A DNA stretch of 64,000 nucleotides from Deltaproteobacteria bacterium (GTDB lineage: Bacteria > Desulfobacterota > Binatia > Binatales > Binataceae). Below, piece after piece: positions 29,209-38,239 of this stretch. The position numbers were made by a program, and so were the translations under genes. A model generated the notes under the pieces. That model saw only the letters and a program-made list of their open reading frames with translations. It was not told the origin of the DNA and made no database searches. Numbering within the stretch: the first letter of the stretch is position 1; each line of letters starts with the position of its first letter. Location of the stretch: NCBI GenBank assembly GCA_021799495.1, contig JAJZAI010000012.1:4292-68291 (forward strand), given 5' to 3'.

Positions 29209-29295
29209 CATAATGCTCTCCGTCAGTTTCGATTTATCGAAAGACGCCGAATCCTAACAAAAGCCCGCGCGCGCGGGAAAGCTCATTCTCGCGCT

Positions 29296-31779
29296 TCAGA
29301 GGGCGCGCACGGCGCCTTCAACCCGCCGCGCGAGCGCGGCATAGTCGTCGCCGCTCAATTCGATCGGATCGCCGAACGCCACTTCAACCGCGCCGCGCCG
29401 AATCCATCGCGCTCCGCGCGGCAGAACGCGATCGACTCCGCGGAGTCGCACCGGCGCCACCGCGACGCGCATCCGCGCCCCGATCATTCCAACGCCGGCA
29501 TGGAATGCTTCAACGTCGCCGGTGGTTGAACGTTCGCCTTCAGGAAAGATTAAAATCGACCACCCGTCGCTGACCAGATCGCCGATGTGGCGCAACGAGC
29601 CGCGCAGGCCGATTTCTTCCTGTGAAATCGGAAATGCGTTGAAGACCAGCATCGCAAGGTAAAGCGCGGCGGCGCTGGCCGCGCGGCGCGCGCGCGATCG
29701 GCCCTCCGGATGGAAATGCGCGTCGAAGAATTCTCGCCACATCGCGGGCGCGATCCGGTAGCGCCATCGCCGCGGCAAGGCCGCAAGTATCACCGGAGCG
29801 TCGAGATGGCTCTGATGGTTCGCGGCGAAAATCAACGGTCCCTTGAGCGATTCGATCCGGTCGAGGCCGCTGACACGAATTCGCGCGGCCCTGCGGGTAA
29901 GCGGAATGACAATCGCGCCGAGCAGGATACGCCGAAGCAGCCGCGCCGGCGCGCGTCGATTCCAGTCCGCGATACCCGCGTCCTCCGTCGGCGGCGCGGC
30001 GCCGGCGATCCTCGCGGCCAGGTCGCCCACGCGAATCGCGCCGCTCAATGCGCTTTCGTCAACCGCCAGGTTGAACCGTTCTTCGAGATCGACCATCAGC
30101 TCGACCTGCTCGAGCGAAGTGAGGCCCAAGTCGTCGAGCGTGGTCTCATCGTCGATTCGCCGCGCCGGCGCATACTTGCGCAGAATCGCCGCAATCTCGC
30201 CCGAAGGACTCGACGCGGCCGGCGGCGCGCCGCCGTCGACCCAGCGCTGAATCGCGGCGCGCATGAGCTTGCCGGCGCCTTCGGTGCGCGGCAACTCGCC
30301 GTTTGTCCAGACGGATACCTCGCGAATCCGCTGATGGTCTTCGAGCGCCGCGTTCGCGCGGCGCACGATCTCCTCCGCATTAACGCCTGGATCGAGGACC
30401 AGCACCGCATGCACCCGCTCGCGGCCGACCGCCGCGGAATCGCGCACGCCGGGAATTCGGTTGAGCGCGAGTTCGACATCCTCTGGAAAGACCTTGAGGC
30501 CCTCCGGAGTGACGATCAGCTCTTTTTTGCGTCCGCGAATCGTTAGGTAGCCGTCCGCGTCGATCGCGCCGATGTCGCCCGTATGAAACCATCCGTCCGC
30601 GAAGGCTTCCGACGCCGCCGCGGGCGCGTTGAAATAACCAGGCGTAACGATATCGCCGCGCACCAGTATCTCGCCGTCAGGCGCAATCCTGAGCTCTACG
30701 CCGTCCAGCGGTTTGCCCACCGTATGCGGCTTCAGGTGAAACGGATGGTTGAACGAAACGATCGGCGCGGTCTCGGTCAGCCCGTAACCCTGCACCACCA
30801 TGAATCCGAGTTGACGCCAGAAACGCTCGAGCCCGCGCTCCAATGACGCGCCGCCCACCACGAAGCCGATGAATTTAATTCCGAACAGGCGATGGATACT
30901 GCGATAGCGCAAGCGTCGCACGAACCATGGCGAATCGTCGCCGCCGATCTGAGCAAGTTCTGGAAATTGTTTGAGAACGAACTGCCGCAGCAGCTCGAGC
31001 ATCTTCGGCGCGCCGACCATGAAAGCGACGCGGCAAGCGCGAATCTGCCGGATGACGTCGCGCGCGGCGTAACTGCGCGTGAAAACCGCCGCGCCCGGAA
31101 GCATCGGCGGAAAAAATGTCGCGAGCGCCTGTCCGAACATATGGCTTAGCGGCATCAAGTCGAGGAACCGCAGCGGTCGGAGTATCCGCACCAGCCGCCG
31201 ATACTTCGCGACTTCCCGCTCAATCGGCGCGAGGTCGGCGACGATATTGCGATGCGTGATGATCACGCCCTTGGGCGCCGCCGTCGAACCGGAAGTGAAA
31301 ACCAATTCGACGGCGTCGTCCGGCGCGATCGCGGCAGGCGAGATGCGAAGCGAAGCGGAATGCGCGGACAGATCGATCTCGGCGAGCCGCCAGACCGGCG
31401 GACTATCGCCGAGCGCGGCGGCCTCAACCTCTTCGCCGACTACAATCGCGCGCGGACGAACGGCTCGCGCGACGTTTCGCATCGCTTCCGCCGAAAACCG
31501 GTAATCAACGGGTACGACGATCACGCCGCACCATACCGCGCCCCAGAAAGCCGCAAGCCATTCAGGCCGGTTTTCCGACCAAATCAGGATTTTGTCACCT
31601 TTGGCGATTTCTGCGGCGCGCAGCTTGACGGCAAAGGCTTGGGCCGATTGCGCAATTTGACGATAGGAATAGCTCCATCGCCGAAACCCGTCGTCGTAAA
31701 CCACGAACTCAGACTCGCGGTCCGCAAATTCGGAAAAGAAATCGACAAGCGTACGTCCGGCCGGATTCGAGTTCGTCAT
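29296..31779 (-). CDS. Tri-domain fusion: acyl-adenylate-forming enzyme (AMP-binding) + phosphopantetheine carrier domain + PlsC-type acyltransferase
   Basis: The AMP-binding core is FTSGSTAAPKGVIITHRNI, with GYGLTE and GDIG..DADGYLTIRGRKKE. The carrier motif is LDDLGLTSLEQVELMVDLEERF. The acyltransferase HX4D box is FAANHQSHLDAPV, with FPEGERS. Confidence 0.85.
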   Translation of the reverse strand: MTNSNPAGRTLVDFFSEFADRESEFVVYDDGFRRWSYSYRQIAQSAQAFAVKLRAAEIAKGDKILIWSENRPEWLAAFWGAVWCGVIVVPVDYRFSAEAMRNVARAVRPRAIVVGEEVEAAALGDSPPVWRLAEIDLSAHSASLRISPAAIAPDDAVELVFTSGSTAAPKGVIITHRNIVADLAPIEREVAKYRRLVRILRPLRFLDLMPLSHMFGQALATFFPPMLPGAAVFTRSYAARDVIRQIRACRVAFMVGAPKMLELLRQFVLKQFPELAQIGGDDSPWFVRRLRYRSIHRLFGIKFIGFVVGGASLERGLERFWRQLGFMVVQGYGLTETAPIVSFNHPFHLKPHTVGKPLDGVELRIAPDGEILVRGDIVTPGYFNAPAAASEAFADGWFHTGDIGAIDADGYLTIRGRKKELIVTPEGLKVFPEDVELALNRIPGVRDSAAVGRERVHAVLVLDPGVNAEEIVRRANAALEDHQRIREVSVWTNGELPRTEGAGKLMRAAIQRWVDGGAPPAASSPSGEIAAILRKYAPARRIDDETTLDDLGLTSLEQVELMVDLEERFNLAVDESALSGAIRVGDLAARIAGAAPPTEDAGIADWNRRAPARLLRRILLGAIVIPLTRRAARIRVSGLDRIESLKGPLIFAANHQSHLDAPVILAALPRRWRYRIAPAMWREFFDAHFHPEGRSRARRAASAAALYLAMLVFNAFPISQEEIGLRGSLRHIGDLVSDGWSILIFPEGERSTTGDVEAFHAGVGMIGARMRVAVAPVRLRGVDRVLPRGARWIRRGAVEVAFGDPIELSGDDYAALARRVEGAVRAL

Positions 31780-31875
31780 CTGATTTCTCGCGATTCCGCC
31801 GGATCAAGCGCGGGCCGGTCGTCGTCTCCATGTAACGGCGACTGGCAAATCCCGGCATTTAATCGCTCTATTTAG

Positions 31876-32718
31876 TTAATCTTGGAGACGGTGCGAGAAA
31901 CCAGAGTCCGTGATGATTCCGTCCACGCCGATTTGCAGCAGGGCGCGCATCTCGGCGGCGTCGTTGACCGTCCAGACGTGAACTTCGAGGCCGGCGCGAT
32001 GGGCCGCGGCGACGCTTTCCGCCGTCGCCAGCTTCCATCCGTGATATTCCGGCGGAATCTGCAAAGCGGCGCCGCGCGGCAAATAGGGGCCGGCGCCCGA
32101 TGGCAGCGAGCGAAAAAATTCGCCCGTTTCGAGACTCGGCAGATTTGTCGGGATAAAGGGCGCGGCGGCGCGAATCTCGTCGATCGGTTCCTGGTGCTCG
32201 CTGGCGATCAGCACCCGCTCGATCATCCCGGCCCACTCGATCGCGGCCAGCAAGCGCTCCGTCAGACTGGGCGATGATTGCTTGATTTCAATTATGAAGC
32301 GCTGGCGAGCGCATCTATCGAATACTTCTGCCAGTTCGGGAACCTTCACTCCCGCGCCGCGAAACGGAAATTCGGCGCGTCCGGGCGCGACAAAGTTATA
32401 GCCGGCGTCGTAATTGCGAAGTTCGTCGAATGCGAGTTCGACGATCCGGCCGGGCCGGCCCGCCATCCGTTCGAGATCGTCGTCATGCGCGACCACGATC
32501 CTGCCGTCGCGCGTCATGTGCACGTCAAGTTCGATATAGGCGACGCCCAAATCCGCCGCGGCCGCGAACGCCGGCATCGTGTTCTCCGGGAAGGCGGCGC
32601 TGGCCCCGCGATGCGCGATTATTCGCGGATGCGGTCCGGCAAAGAATTCGCTCTTCATGGCAATCATTAGCCCGAAACCGACCTCGCGCGGACGGGCGCT
32701 GGCGCCCGCGGCCCTCAC
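31876..32718 (-). CDS. Glycerophosphodiester phosphodiesterase (GDPD family)
   Basis: IIAHRGASAAFPENTMPAF...IELDVHMTRDGRIVVAHDDDLER signature. GTG 32718 overlaps the rpe stop (GTGA); alternative ATGs at 32667 and 32658. Confidence 0.85.
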   Translation of the reverse strand: MRAAGASARPREVGFGLMIAMKSEFFAGPHPRIIAHRGASAAFPENTMPAFAAAADLGVAYIELDVHMTRDGRIVVAHDDDLERMAGRPGRIVELAFDELRNYDAGYNFVAPGRAEFPFRGAGVKVPELAEVFDRCARQRFIIEIKQSSPSLTERLLAAIEWAGMIERVLIASEHQEPIDEIRAAAPFIPTNLPSLETGEFFRSLPSGAGPYLPRGAALQIPPEYHGWKLATAESVAAAHRAGLEVHVWTVNDAAEMRALLQIGVDGIITDSGFSHRLQD

Positions 32719-33383
32719 GCGGCGCCGATCCGCGACCTCATCGCGCCGATAATCGCGCCGTAATCCGGATTGCCAAAAATGCCCGATCCGGAGACAAAAA
32801 CATTGGCGCCGGCGTTAGCCGCCCGATCGATATTATCGACCTTGATTCCGCCGTCGATCTCGATATCCAAAGCGAGGCCGCGGCGCTCGAGGCCGGCGCG
32901 AATCGTCCGCACCTTGTCGAGCGTTTCCGGAATAAATCCCTGGCCGCCGAAGCCCGGATGCACGCTCATCACGAGAATCATGTCGAAGTCGCCAGCCGCC
33001 TGCAGCGTCCGATCGGGCGGCGTTTCGGGATTGATCGCAACGGAAGCCCGCACTCCCAGTTTGCGCATCTGCGCGGCTATCGCGGGCAGGTCCGGACATA
33101 CTTCAGCATGCACGGAAATCGAATCGGCGCCCGCCTTGGCGAACGCTTCGAGATAGCGTTCGGGCCGTTCGATCATCAAATGGGCGTCAAGCGGCAAGCG
33201 CGTAATCTTGCGCAGAGATTCCAGCACCGGAATTCCGATGGACAAATTAGGCACGAAATGGCCATCCATAACGTCAAAATGGATGAGATCGGCGCCCGCG
33301 ACTTCGACTTTATGAATTTCCTCGCCCAGACGCGCGAAATCGGCCGAAAGAATAGAGGGTGCAATCTTGAAAATCCGCGCCAT
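32715..33383 (-). CDS. rpe: Ribulose-phosphate 3-epimerase
   Basis: IAPSILSADFARLGEEI, IHFDVMDGHFVPNLS and VMSVHPGFGGQGFI motifs. Confidence 0.92.
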   Translation of the reverse strand: MARIFKIAPSILSADFARLGEEIHKVEVAGADLIHFDVMDGHFVPNLSIGIPVLESLRKITRLPLDAHLMIERPERYLEAFAKAGADSISVHAEVCPDLPAIAAQMRKLGVRASVAINPETPPDRTLQAAGDFDMILVMSVHPGFGGQGFIPETLDKVRTIRAGLERRGLALDIEIDGGIKVDNIDRAANAGANVFVSGSGIFGNPDYGAIIGAMRSRIGAA

Positions 33384-33653
33384 CAATCGTGAGCTTAGCG
33401 CCGATCCTGAAGCGCCGCAAAACCGCAACTGATTTTGGCGCGCCGACCTTACCGACCAAGAAGCGACCGGTAATTTTTACACGATCCCTCGGGATGCGGA
33501 TCGATAATTGGTTCTTATAAGTTGTCAAAGATCGCCAATCCGACATGAAAGCGCTTGGCGCCTTGGTTGCTGAAGTGCGTTTCGATGGCGCAACTGACTG
33601 AAAACAAAGCGAAAGTTGCATGCCAGCACGACCGCTCGACAATCCGTGCGCGA

Positions 33654-34199
33654 ATGGCCAGTGCGTTCGCATCGATGCCGTTGGCTGGATTGGCCATTTT
33701 GGCGGCGATGGCGGTCAGCGGATGCGGCGGCTATTCGATGTCCAACCTTTTCGGTCAACCCGCCAATCCGTATCTCTATTCGTCACATCGGGTTCATCAG
33801 AACGAATATTCCGGCGAATTGCCACATACCCAGATAGTTCGCGCATCATGGTACGGACAGGAATTCGCGAACCGCAAGACCGCCGACGGCGAGCGGTTTA
33901 ATCCCGATGCGCTCACGGCCGCCTCGCGAACGCTGCCGCTTGGCTCGGTGGTGCGCGTGACCAACCTGAAGAACGGCCGCTCGGTTTATGTCCGGATCAA
34001 CGATCACGGACCATACGTGCGCGGCCGGAGCCTCGATCTATCGCGGCGGGCGGCCCAGGATATCGGCATGATGAATACGGGCGTCGCCCGCGTAAAAATC
34101 ACGCCGGTCTCCGTTCCGTCCCATGCGACGCATCGTTACTACGTTCGCAGAAAAAGGCGCTATCGGTACAAATCTGGCTCTTACGCAAGCGTTTACTAA
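33654..34199 (+). CDS. rlpA: Septal-ring lytic transglycosylase RlpA-family lipoprotein (DPBB domain)
   Basis: Lipobox LAAMAVSGC, then ASWYGQEFANRKTADGERFNPDALTAASRTLPLGSVVRVTNLKNGRSVYVRINDHGPY. Confidence 0.8.
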   Translation: MASAFASMPLAGLAILAAMAVSGCGGYSMSNLFGQPANPYLYSSHRVHQNEYSGELPHTQIVRASWYGQEFANRKTADGERFNPDALTAASRTLPLGSVVRVTNLKNGRSVYVRINDHGPYVRGRSLDLSRRAAQDIGMMNTGVARVKITPVSVPSHATHRYYVRRKRRYRYKSGSYASVY

Positions 34200-34247
34200 A
34201 AATTTCCTCTTGTCGCACCAGATTCAGTCTGACGGATATTCATAAAT

Positions 34248-35705
34248 TCAGCCGATTCTTTTCAGGCGCACGGCGAAAAATCCGTCGAGGCCGCCACGAT
34301 CGGGCCGCGTACGCATCATGCCGTCCGCATCGATGAAACCTGTGAACGGTCGCACCGCCGGGTTAGCCTCAGGATCGAACCATTCGCGGTCAATCGCGAA
34401 ATTCGGATGGTCCGCCAGGAACCGGCGCATCAGCAGTTCGCCCTCGTCGGGCGCAAAGCTGCATACCGAATAGACGATTACGCCGCCCGGCCGGACCAGC
34501 GTCGCGGCGTTGCGCAACATCGCGAACTGTACCACCGCAAAGCGCGCAAAATCCTTCGATTGCAAGCGCCAGCGAATCTCTGGATGCTCCCGCAGGGTGC
34601 CGATTCCGCTGCACGGCGCATCAAGCAGCACGAAATCGAAGCGCGTCGCCGGCAACGGCAGGGCTGCGCCTGTATCGGCGCGGATTGGAAAGACCCGGCG
34701 ATGGCCGAGCCGCGCCGCGACATCGCGAACTTTTTTCAATCCGGTGAAATTCACATCGATGGCCAAGACCGTCCCGGACGGGCCAGCGAGCTCCGCCAAA
34801 TGGCTCGTTTTGCCGCCTGGCGCCGCCGCGCAATCCACGACGGTCGCGCCGCAGACAGGAGCGAGCATCCGCGCGACCAACTGCGACGCTTCGGATTGGA
34901 CATGGCACAACCCATCGCTGATCGCGGATGAGTCAAAAGGCGGCGCCGCCGCGAGGATAACCGTCTCAGGCAAATGGCCGCGCGCCGCGATCTCGAAGCT
35001 CGCGGCCTCGAGCCGCGCGATTAGCTCATCAGGCGCGCCGCGCGACAGGTTCAAGCGCAGCGCGGTCGGCGCCGGCTCGTTGTTTGCGGCGATCAAGCTT
35101 TCGGCGCCTGCGACGCCGAACCATGCGATAAATTTTTCGACCATCCAGCGCGGATGCGATCCTGCCAGCGCGAGCCATCCGGCCGCGTCCGCTCCGCGCG
35201 GCGGCATCTCGAAACCGGTTCGCAAAGCGGCGCGCAGGACGCCGTTGACGAAGCCCGCCGCGCCGGCGCCGGCAACTTCGCGCGCCAGGGTCACGGCGGT
35301 ATCGACGGCGGCATGATGCGGCACGCGATCGAGGAAGCGGAGCTGAAACAGCGCAGCGCGCAGAATCGCCAGCACCGCCGGATCGAGCGAATCGATCGGA
35401 CGTGAGCTGACGCGCGACAACTCATGGTCCAGCCGCGACCGCATCGCGATCGCGCCCAGCACGATTCGCGTCAGCAAACGGCGGTCGGCGGGATTGGCGA
35501 AGCCGGGCAGGCGATGCCCGAGCAGAACGTCGGCAAAGGCGCGATCGCGCTCGACCCGCATCAGGATTTCCTCGGCGGCGCGGCGCAGTTCGAGACCGGC
35601 GGCGCCGTTGCGCGCGGACGCACGGCGTTGCGTGGTTGCGGTTGGCCGGCGGCGCAGGATCGCGCGCGGGCGCGGTTCCGGCTGGCGCGGCGGACGTTCG
35701 CTCAT
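34248..35705 (-). CDS. rsmB: 16S rRNA (cytosine967-C5)-methyltransferase RsmB/Sun
   Basis: N-terminal NusB-like region, VVDCAAAPGGKT SAM motif, DFVLLDAPCSGIGTLREHPEIRW and catalytic YSVCS. Located downstream of fmt as usual. Confidence 0.9.
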   Translation of the reverse strand: MSERPPRQPEPRPRAILRRRPTATTQRRASARNGAAGLELRRAAEEILMRVERDRAFADVLLGHRLPGFANPADRRLLTRIVLGAIAMRSRLDHELSRVSSRPIDSLDPAVLAILRAALFQLRFLDRVPHHAAVDTAVTLAREVAGAGAAGFVNGVLRAALRTGFEMPPRGADAAGWLALAGSHPRWMVEKFIAWFGVAGAESLIAANNEPAPTALRLNLSRGAPDELIARLEAASFEIAARGHLPETVILAAAPPFDSSAISDGLCHVQSEASQLVARMLAPVCGATVVDCAAAPGGKTSHLAELAGPSGTVLAIDVNFTGLKKVRDVAARLGHRRVFPIRADTGAALPLPATRFDFVLLDAPCSGIGTLREHPEIRWRLQSKDFARFAVVQFAMLRNAATLVRPGGVIVYSVCSFAPDEGELLMRRFLADHPNFAIDREWFDPEANPAVRPFTGFIDADGMMRTRPDRGGLDGFFAVRLKRIG

Positions 35706-36661
35706 TGACCGAGACGCGCGCCGACTTCGACGCGCCGGCCGCGAAAGAAGTCCGCCGCGGCCATCCGGCGCCGGCCGGCAAACTGCACCTCAATTAGTGC
35801 GAGCAACCCCGAACCGCATTTCACGATCGGTTCGGGTTTCATGCGCACGATCGTTCCCGACGCCGCGGCCGCCACCTCCGGCGCGCCGGCCAGCGCGGCA
35901 TCGTCGATGACGCGCGCACGCCAGACCAGCAGTTCGCCGCCAAGCACGGTGCGCGCGACGGGCCACGGATCGAACGCGCGCGTCATCCGTTCGATCCGCG
36001 CCGCGTCGGCGGACCAATCGATTATCGAATCTTCTTTTTTGATTTGCGCGGTGTAGGTCGCCGCACTTTCGTCCTGCGGAATTTCAGCGATCGGACCGCG
36101 CCGCAAGATCGCGAGCGTCTCCAGCAGCGCGGAGGCCCCAAGCTCGGCGAGCTTTTCCTTGAGCGAACCCTGGGTTTCATCGAGCGCGAGCGGAATCGCG
36201 CGTCGCAGCAGGATCGGCCCCGCGTCCATCCGTTCGACCACGCGCATGATAGTCACGCCCGATTCGCGATCGCCCGCGAGAATCGCGCCTTCGATCGGCG
36301 CGGCGCCGCGATGACGCGGCAGCAGCGAAGCGTGAACATTGATCGGCATGATGCGCGGCGCGTCCAGCACGCCATTGGGCAGAATTCGGCCGTAGGCGGC
36401 GACGACCAGCAGGTCTGGCGCGTATGATTTCAATTCGGCGAGAAAATCAGGCGTGCGGATTTTGACCGGTTTCAGGGTCGGCAGATCATGGCGCGCGGCG
36501 ACCGCGCCGACCTCGGACGGCTCCAGCCGCATCCCGCGATTCCGCGGCTGGTCCGGACGCGTGACTACGGCGACGACCACAAAATCCTTACCCGACGCGG
36601 CGACAAGGCGTTCGAGAATATGCGCGGCGAGCGCCGGCGTGCCCATGAACACTATCCGCAT
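35702..36661 (-). CDS. fmt: Methionyl-tRNA formyltransferase
   Basis: MRIVFMGTPALAA start, INVHASLLPRHRGAAPIEGAIL motif, in def-fmt synteny. Confidence 0.92.
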   Translation of the reverse strand: MRIVFMGTPALAAHILERLVAASGKDFVVVAVVTRPDQPRNRGMRLEPSEVGAVAARHDLPTLKPVKIRTPDFLAELKSYAPDLLVVAAYGRILPNGVLDAPRIMPINVHASLLPRHRGAAPIEGAILAGDRESGVTIMRVVERMDAGPILLRRAIPLALDETQGSLKEKLAELGASALLETLAILRRGPIAEIPQDESAATYTAQIKKEDSIIDWSADAARIERMTRAFDPWPVARTVLGGELLVWRARVIDDAALAGAPEVAAAASGTIVRMKPEPIVKCGSGLLALIEVQFAGRRRMAAADFFRGRRVEVGARLGQ

Positions 36662-36686
36662 CGGCAAATTGCCGGAGGGGGGCGAT

Positions 36687-37229
36687 TCAGATGCGAGCGG
36701 CGGCGGGGGGCTTACCATCGGGTTTGCCCTCCTTGATCATCTTGAGGCGCTTGCGGCGGTAAAGTTCGCGCTTGATCCGGCTGATACGGTCGATAAACAG
36801 GCGGCCGTCGAGATGGTCGATTTCGTGCTGGAGCGCGACGGCGAGCAGATCGGTCGCCTCGATTTCGATTTCCTTTTCGTCAAGCGTCCATGCGCGGACC
36901 AGAACTTTCGCGTGCCGCTCGACATCGGCGGTGAAATCAACCACCGAGAGGCATCCTTCCTCCCAGGTGATTGTTCCTTCGGCCGCGGCGATAACGGGAT
37001 TGATCAGTTTCAGGAGATGCTTGCCAAGATTTTCGTGATCGGTGTCGAGCACGATAATCCGGCGGGAGTCGCCGACCTGCGGCGCGGCGAGACCGACGCC
37101 CGGCGCGGCGTACATCGTCTGGGTCATGCTCTCGACGAAGGAATTGAGCGAGCCGTTGATATTTTCGACCGGACGGGCGGGCTCCTTGAGCACGTCGTCG
37201 GGATATTTACGGATTTTCAGCAGAGCCAT
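36687..37229 (-). CDS. def: Peptide deformylase
   Basis: GVGLAAPQVG, EGCLSV and QHEIDHLDG metal-binding motifs. Confidence 0.93.
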   Translation of the reverse strand: MALLKIRKYPDDVLKEPARPVENINGSLNSFVESMTQTMYAAPGVGLAAPQVGDSRRIIVLDTDHENLGKHLLKLINPVIAAAEGTITWEEGCLSVVDFTADVERHAKVLVRAWTLDEKEIEIEATDLLAVALQHEIDHLDGRLFIDRISRIKRELYRRKRLKMIKEGKPDGKPPAAARI

Positions 37230-37369
37230 CGGTTAAGCGCATTATCATTCCAATCTAGCAAAGCTAATCGACGCCTAGAAGGCGGCGCGAATCAACGAAG
37301 TGGAAATGCCATAAAGTACACCGAGGTTCGGACGAACATTGCGCCGACGCTTGTTACGGCGAACGGGCG

Positions 37370-38224
37370 TCAGATAACGACCTTTGCGGACGGGCGCACG
37401 GAAAGCGAGTAGCGGCCGGCTTTCAGGCGCAGGCGCACGGGCGCGCCGAATGCGCGCGAGAGCGTCGCCGACGTCAGCACGCGCGGCTTCGGTCCCTGCG
37501 CGAGCACGCGTCCGCCGACCAGCACCAGCACGTGCGAAAAGGCCGGCATGATCTCCTCGACATGATGGGTGACGAGCAGCAGCGTCGGCGCGCCGCGGCG
37601 GCGGGCGAGCCGTTCGAGGAATTGAACGAAATGTTCGCGCGCGACCGGATCGAGCCCCGCGCACGGTTCGTCCAGGATCAGCAGTTCCGGCCGGGCCATC
37701 AGCGCCCGCCCGATCAGGACGCGCTGGCGTTCGCCCTGCGATAGAAACCGCCAGGAGCGATCGCGCAGATGGGCCGCCTCGATCTGGCGCAGGATGCGCA
37801 TCGCGTCGGCGCGTTCGCCCGCGCCGACTTCGCCCCACATCCCGAGCATCGCATGCCGTCCGCTGATCACGGCGGAGAGGGCGGTCTCGTGCCCTTCCAT
37901 CAGGTTGAGGATCGCGGAGCTGATGATGCCGACACGCTTGCGCAGCTCGCGCCAATCGCTGCGCCCGTACGTTTCGCCGAGCATCACGATTTCGCCGGCG
38001 GTCGGCGGCATGTAGCCGGTCAGCGTGCTCAGCATCGAAGTCTTGCCCGAGCCGTTGGCGCCAAGGATGACCCAGTGCTCGCCGCGCGCGACGCGCCAGT
38101 CAATGGATTTGAGAATCGGCGCGTCGCGTTCGACGACCAGGCCGTTGATCGCGACGACCGGCGGCGGGATGCGGCGGCGCGCCGCTTTGGCGGGCGCTTC
38201 AGGATGCGCGGGAGATTTTTTCAC
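37370..38224 (-). CDS. ABC transporter ATP-binding protein (stand-alone, YlmA/ModF-like)
   Basis: Walker A GANGSGKTSML, signature LSQGERQRVLIGRAL, Walker B LLILDEP. There is no adjacent permease gene. Confidence 0.8.
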   Translation of the reverse strand: MKKSPAHPEAPAKAARRRIPPPVVAINGLVVERDAPILKSIDWRVARGEHWVILGANGSGKTSMLSTLTGYMPPTAGEIVMLGETYGRSDWRELRKRVGIISSAILNLMEGHETALSAVISGRHAMLGMWGEVGAGERADAMRILRQIEAAHLRDRSWRFLSQGERQRVLIGRALMARPELLILDEPCAGLDPVAREHFVQFLERLARRRGAPTLLLVTHHVEEIMPAFSHVLVLVGGRVLAQGPKPRVLTSATLSRAFGAPVRLRLKAGRYSLSVRPSAKVVI

Positions 38225-38239
38225 GTTCGGAAGGACCGG

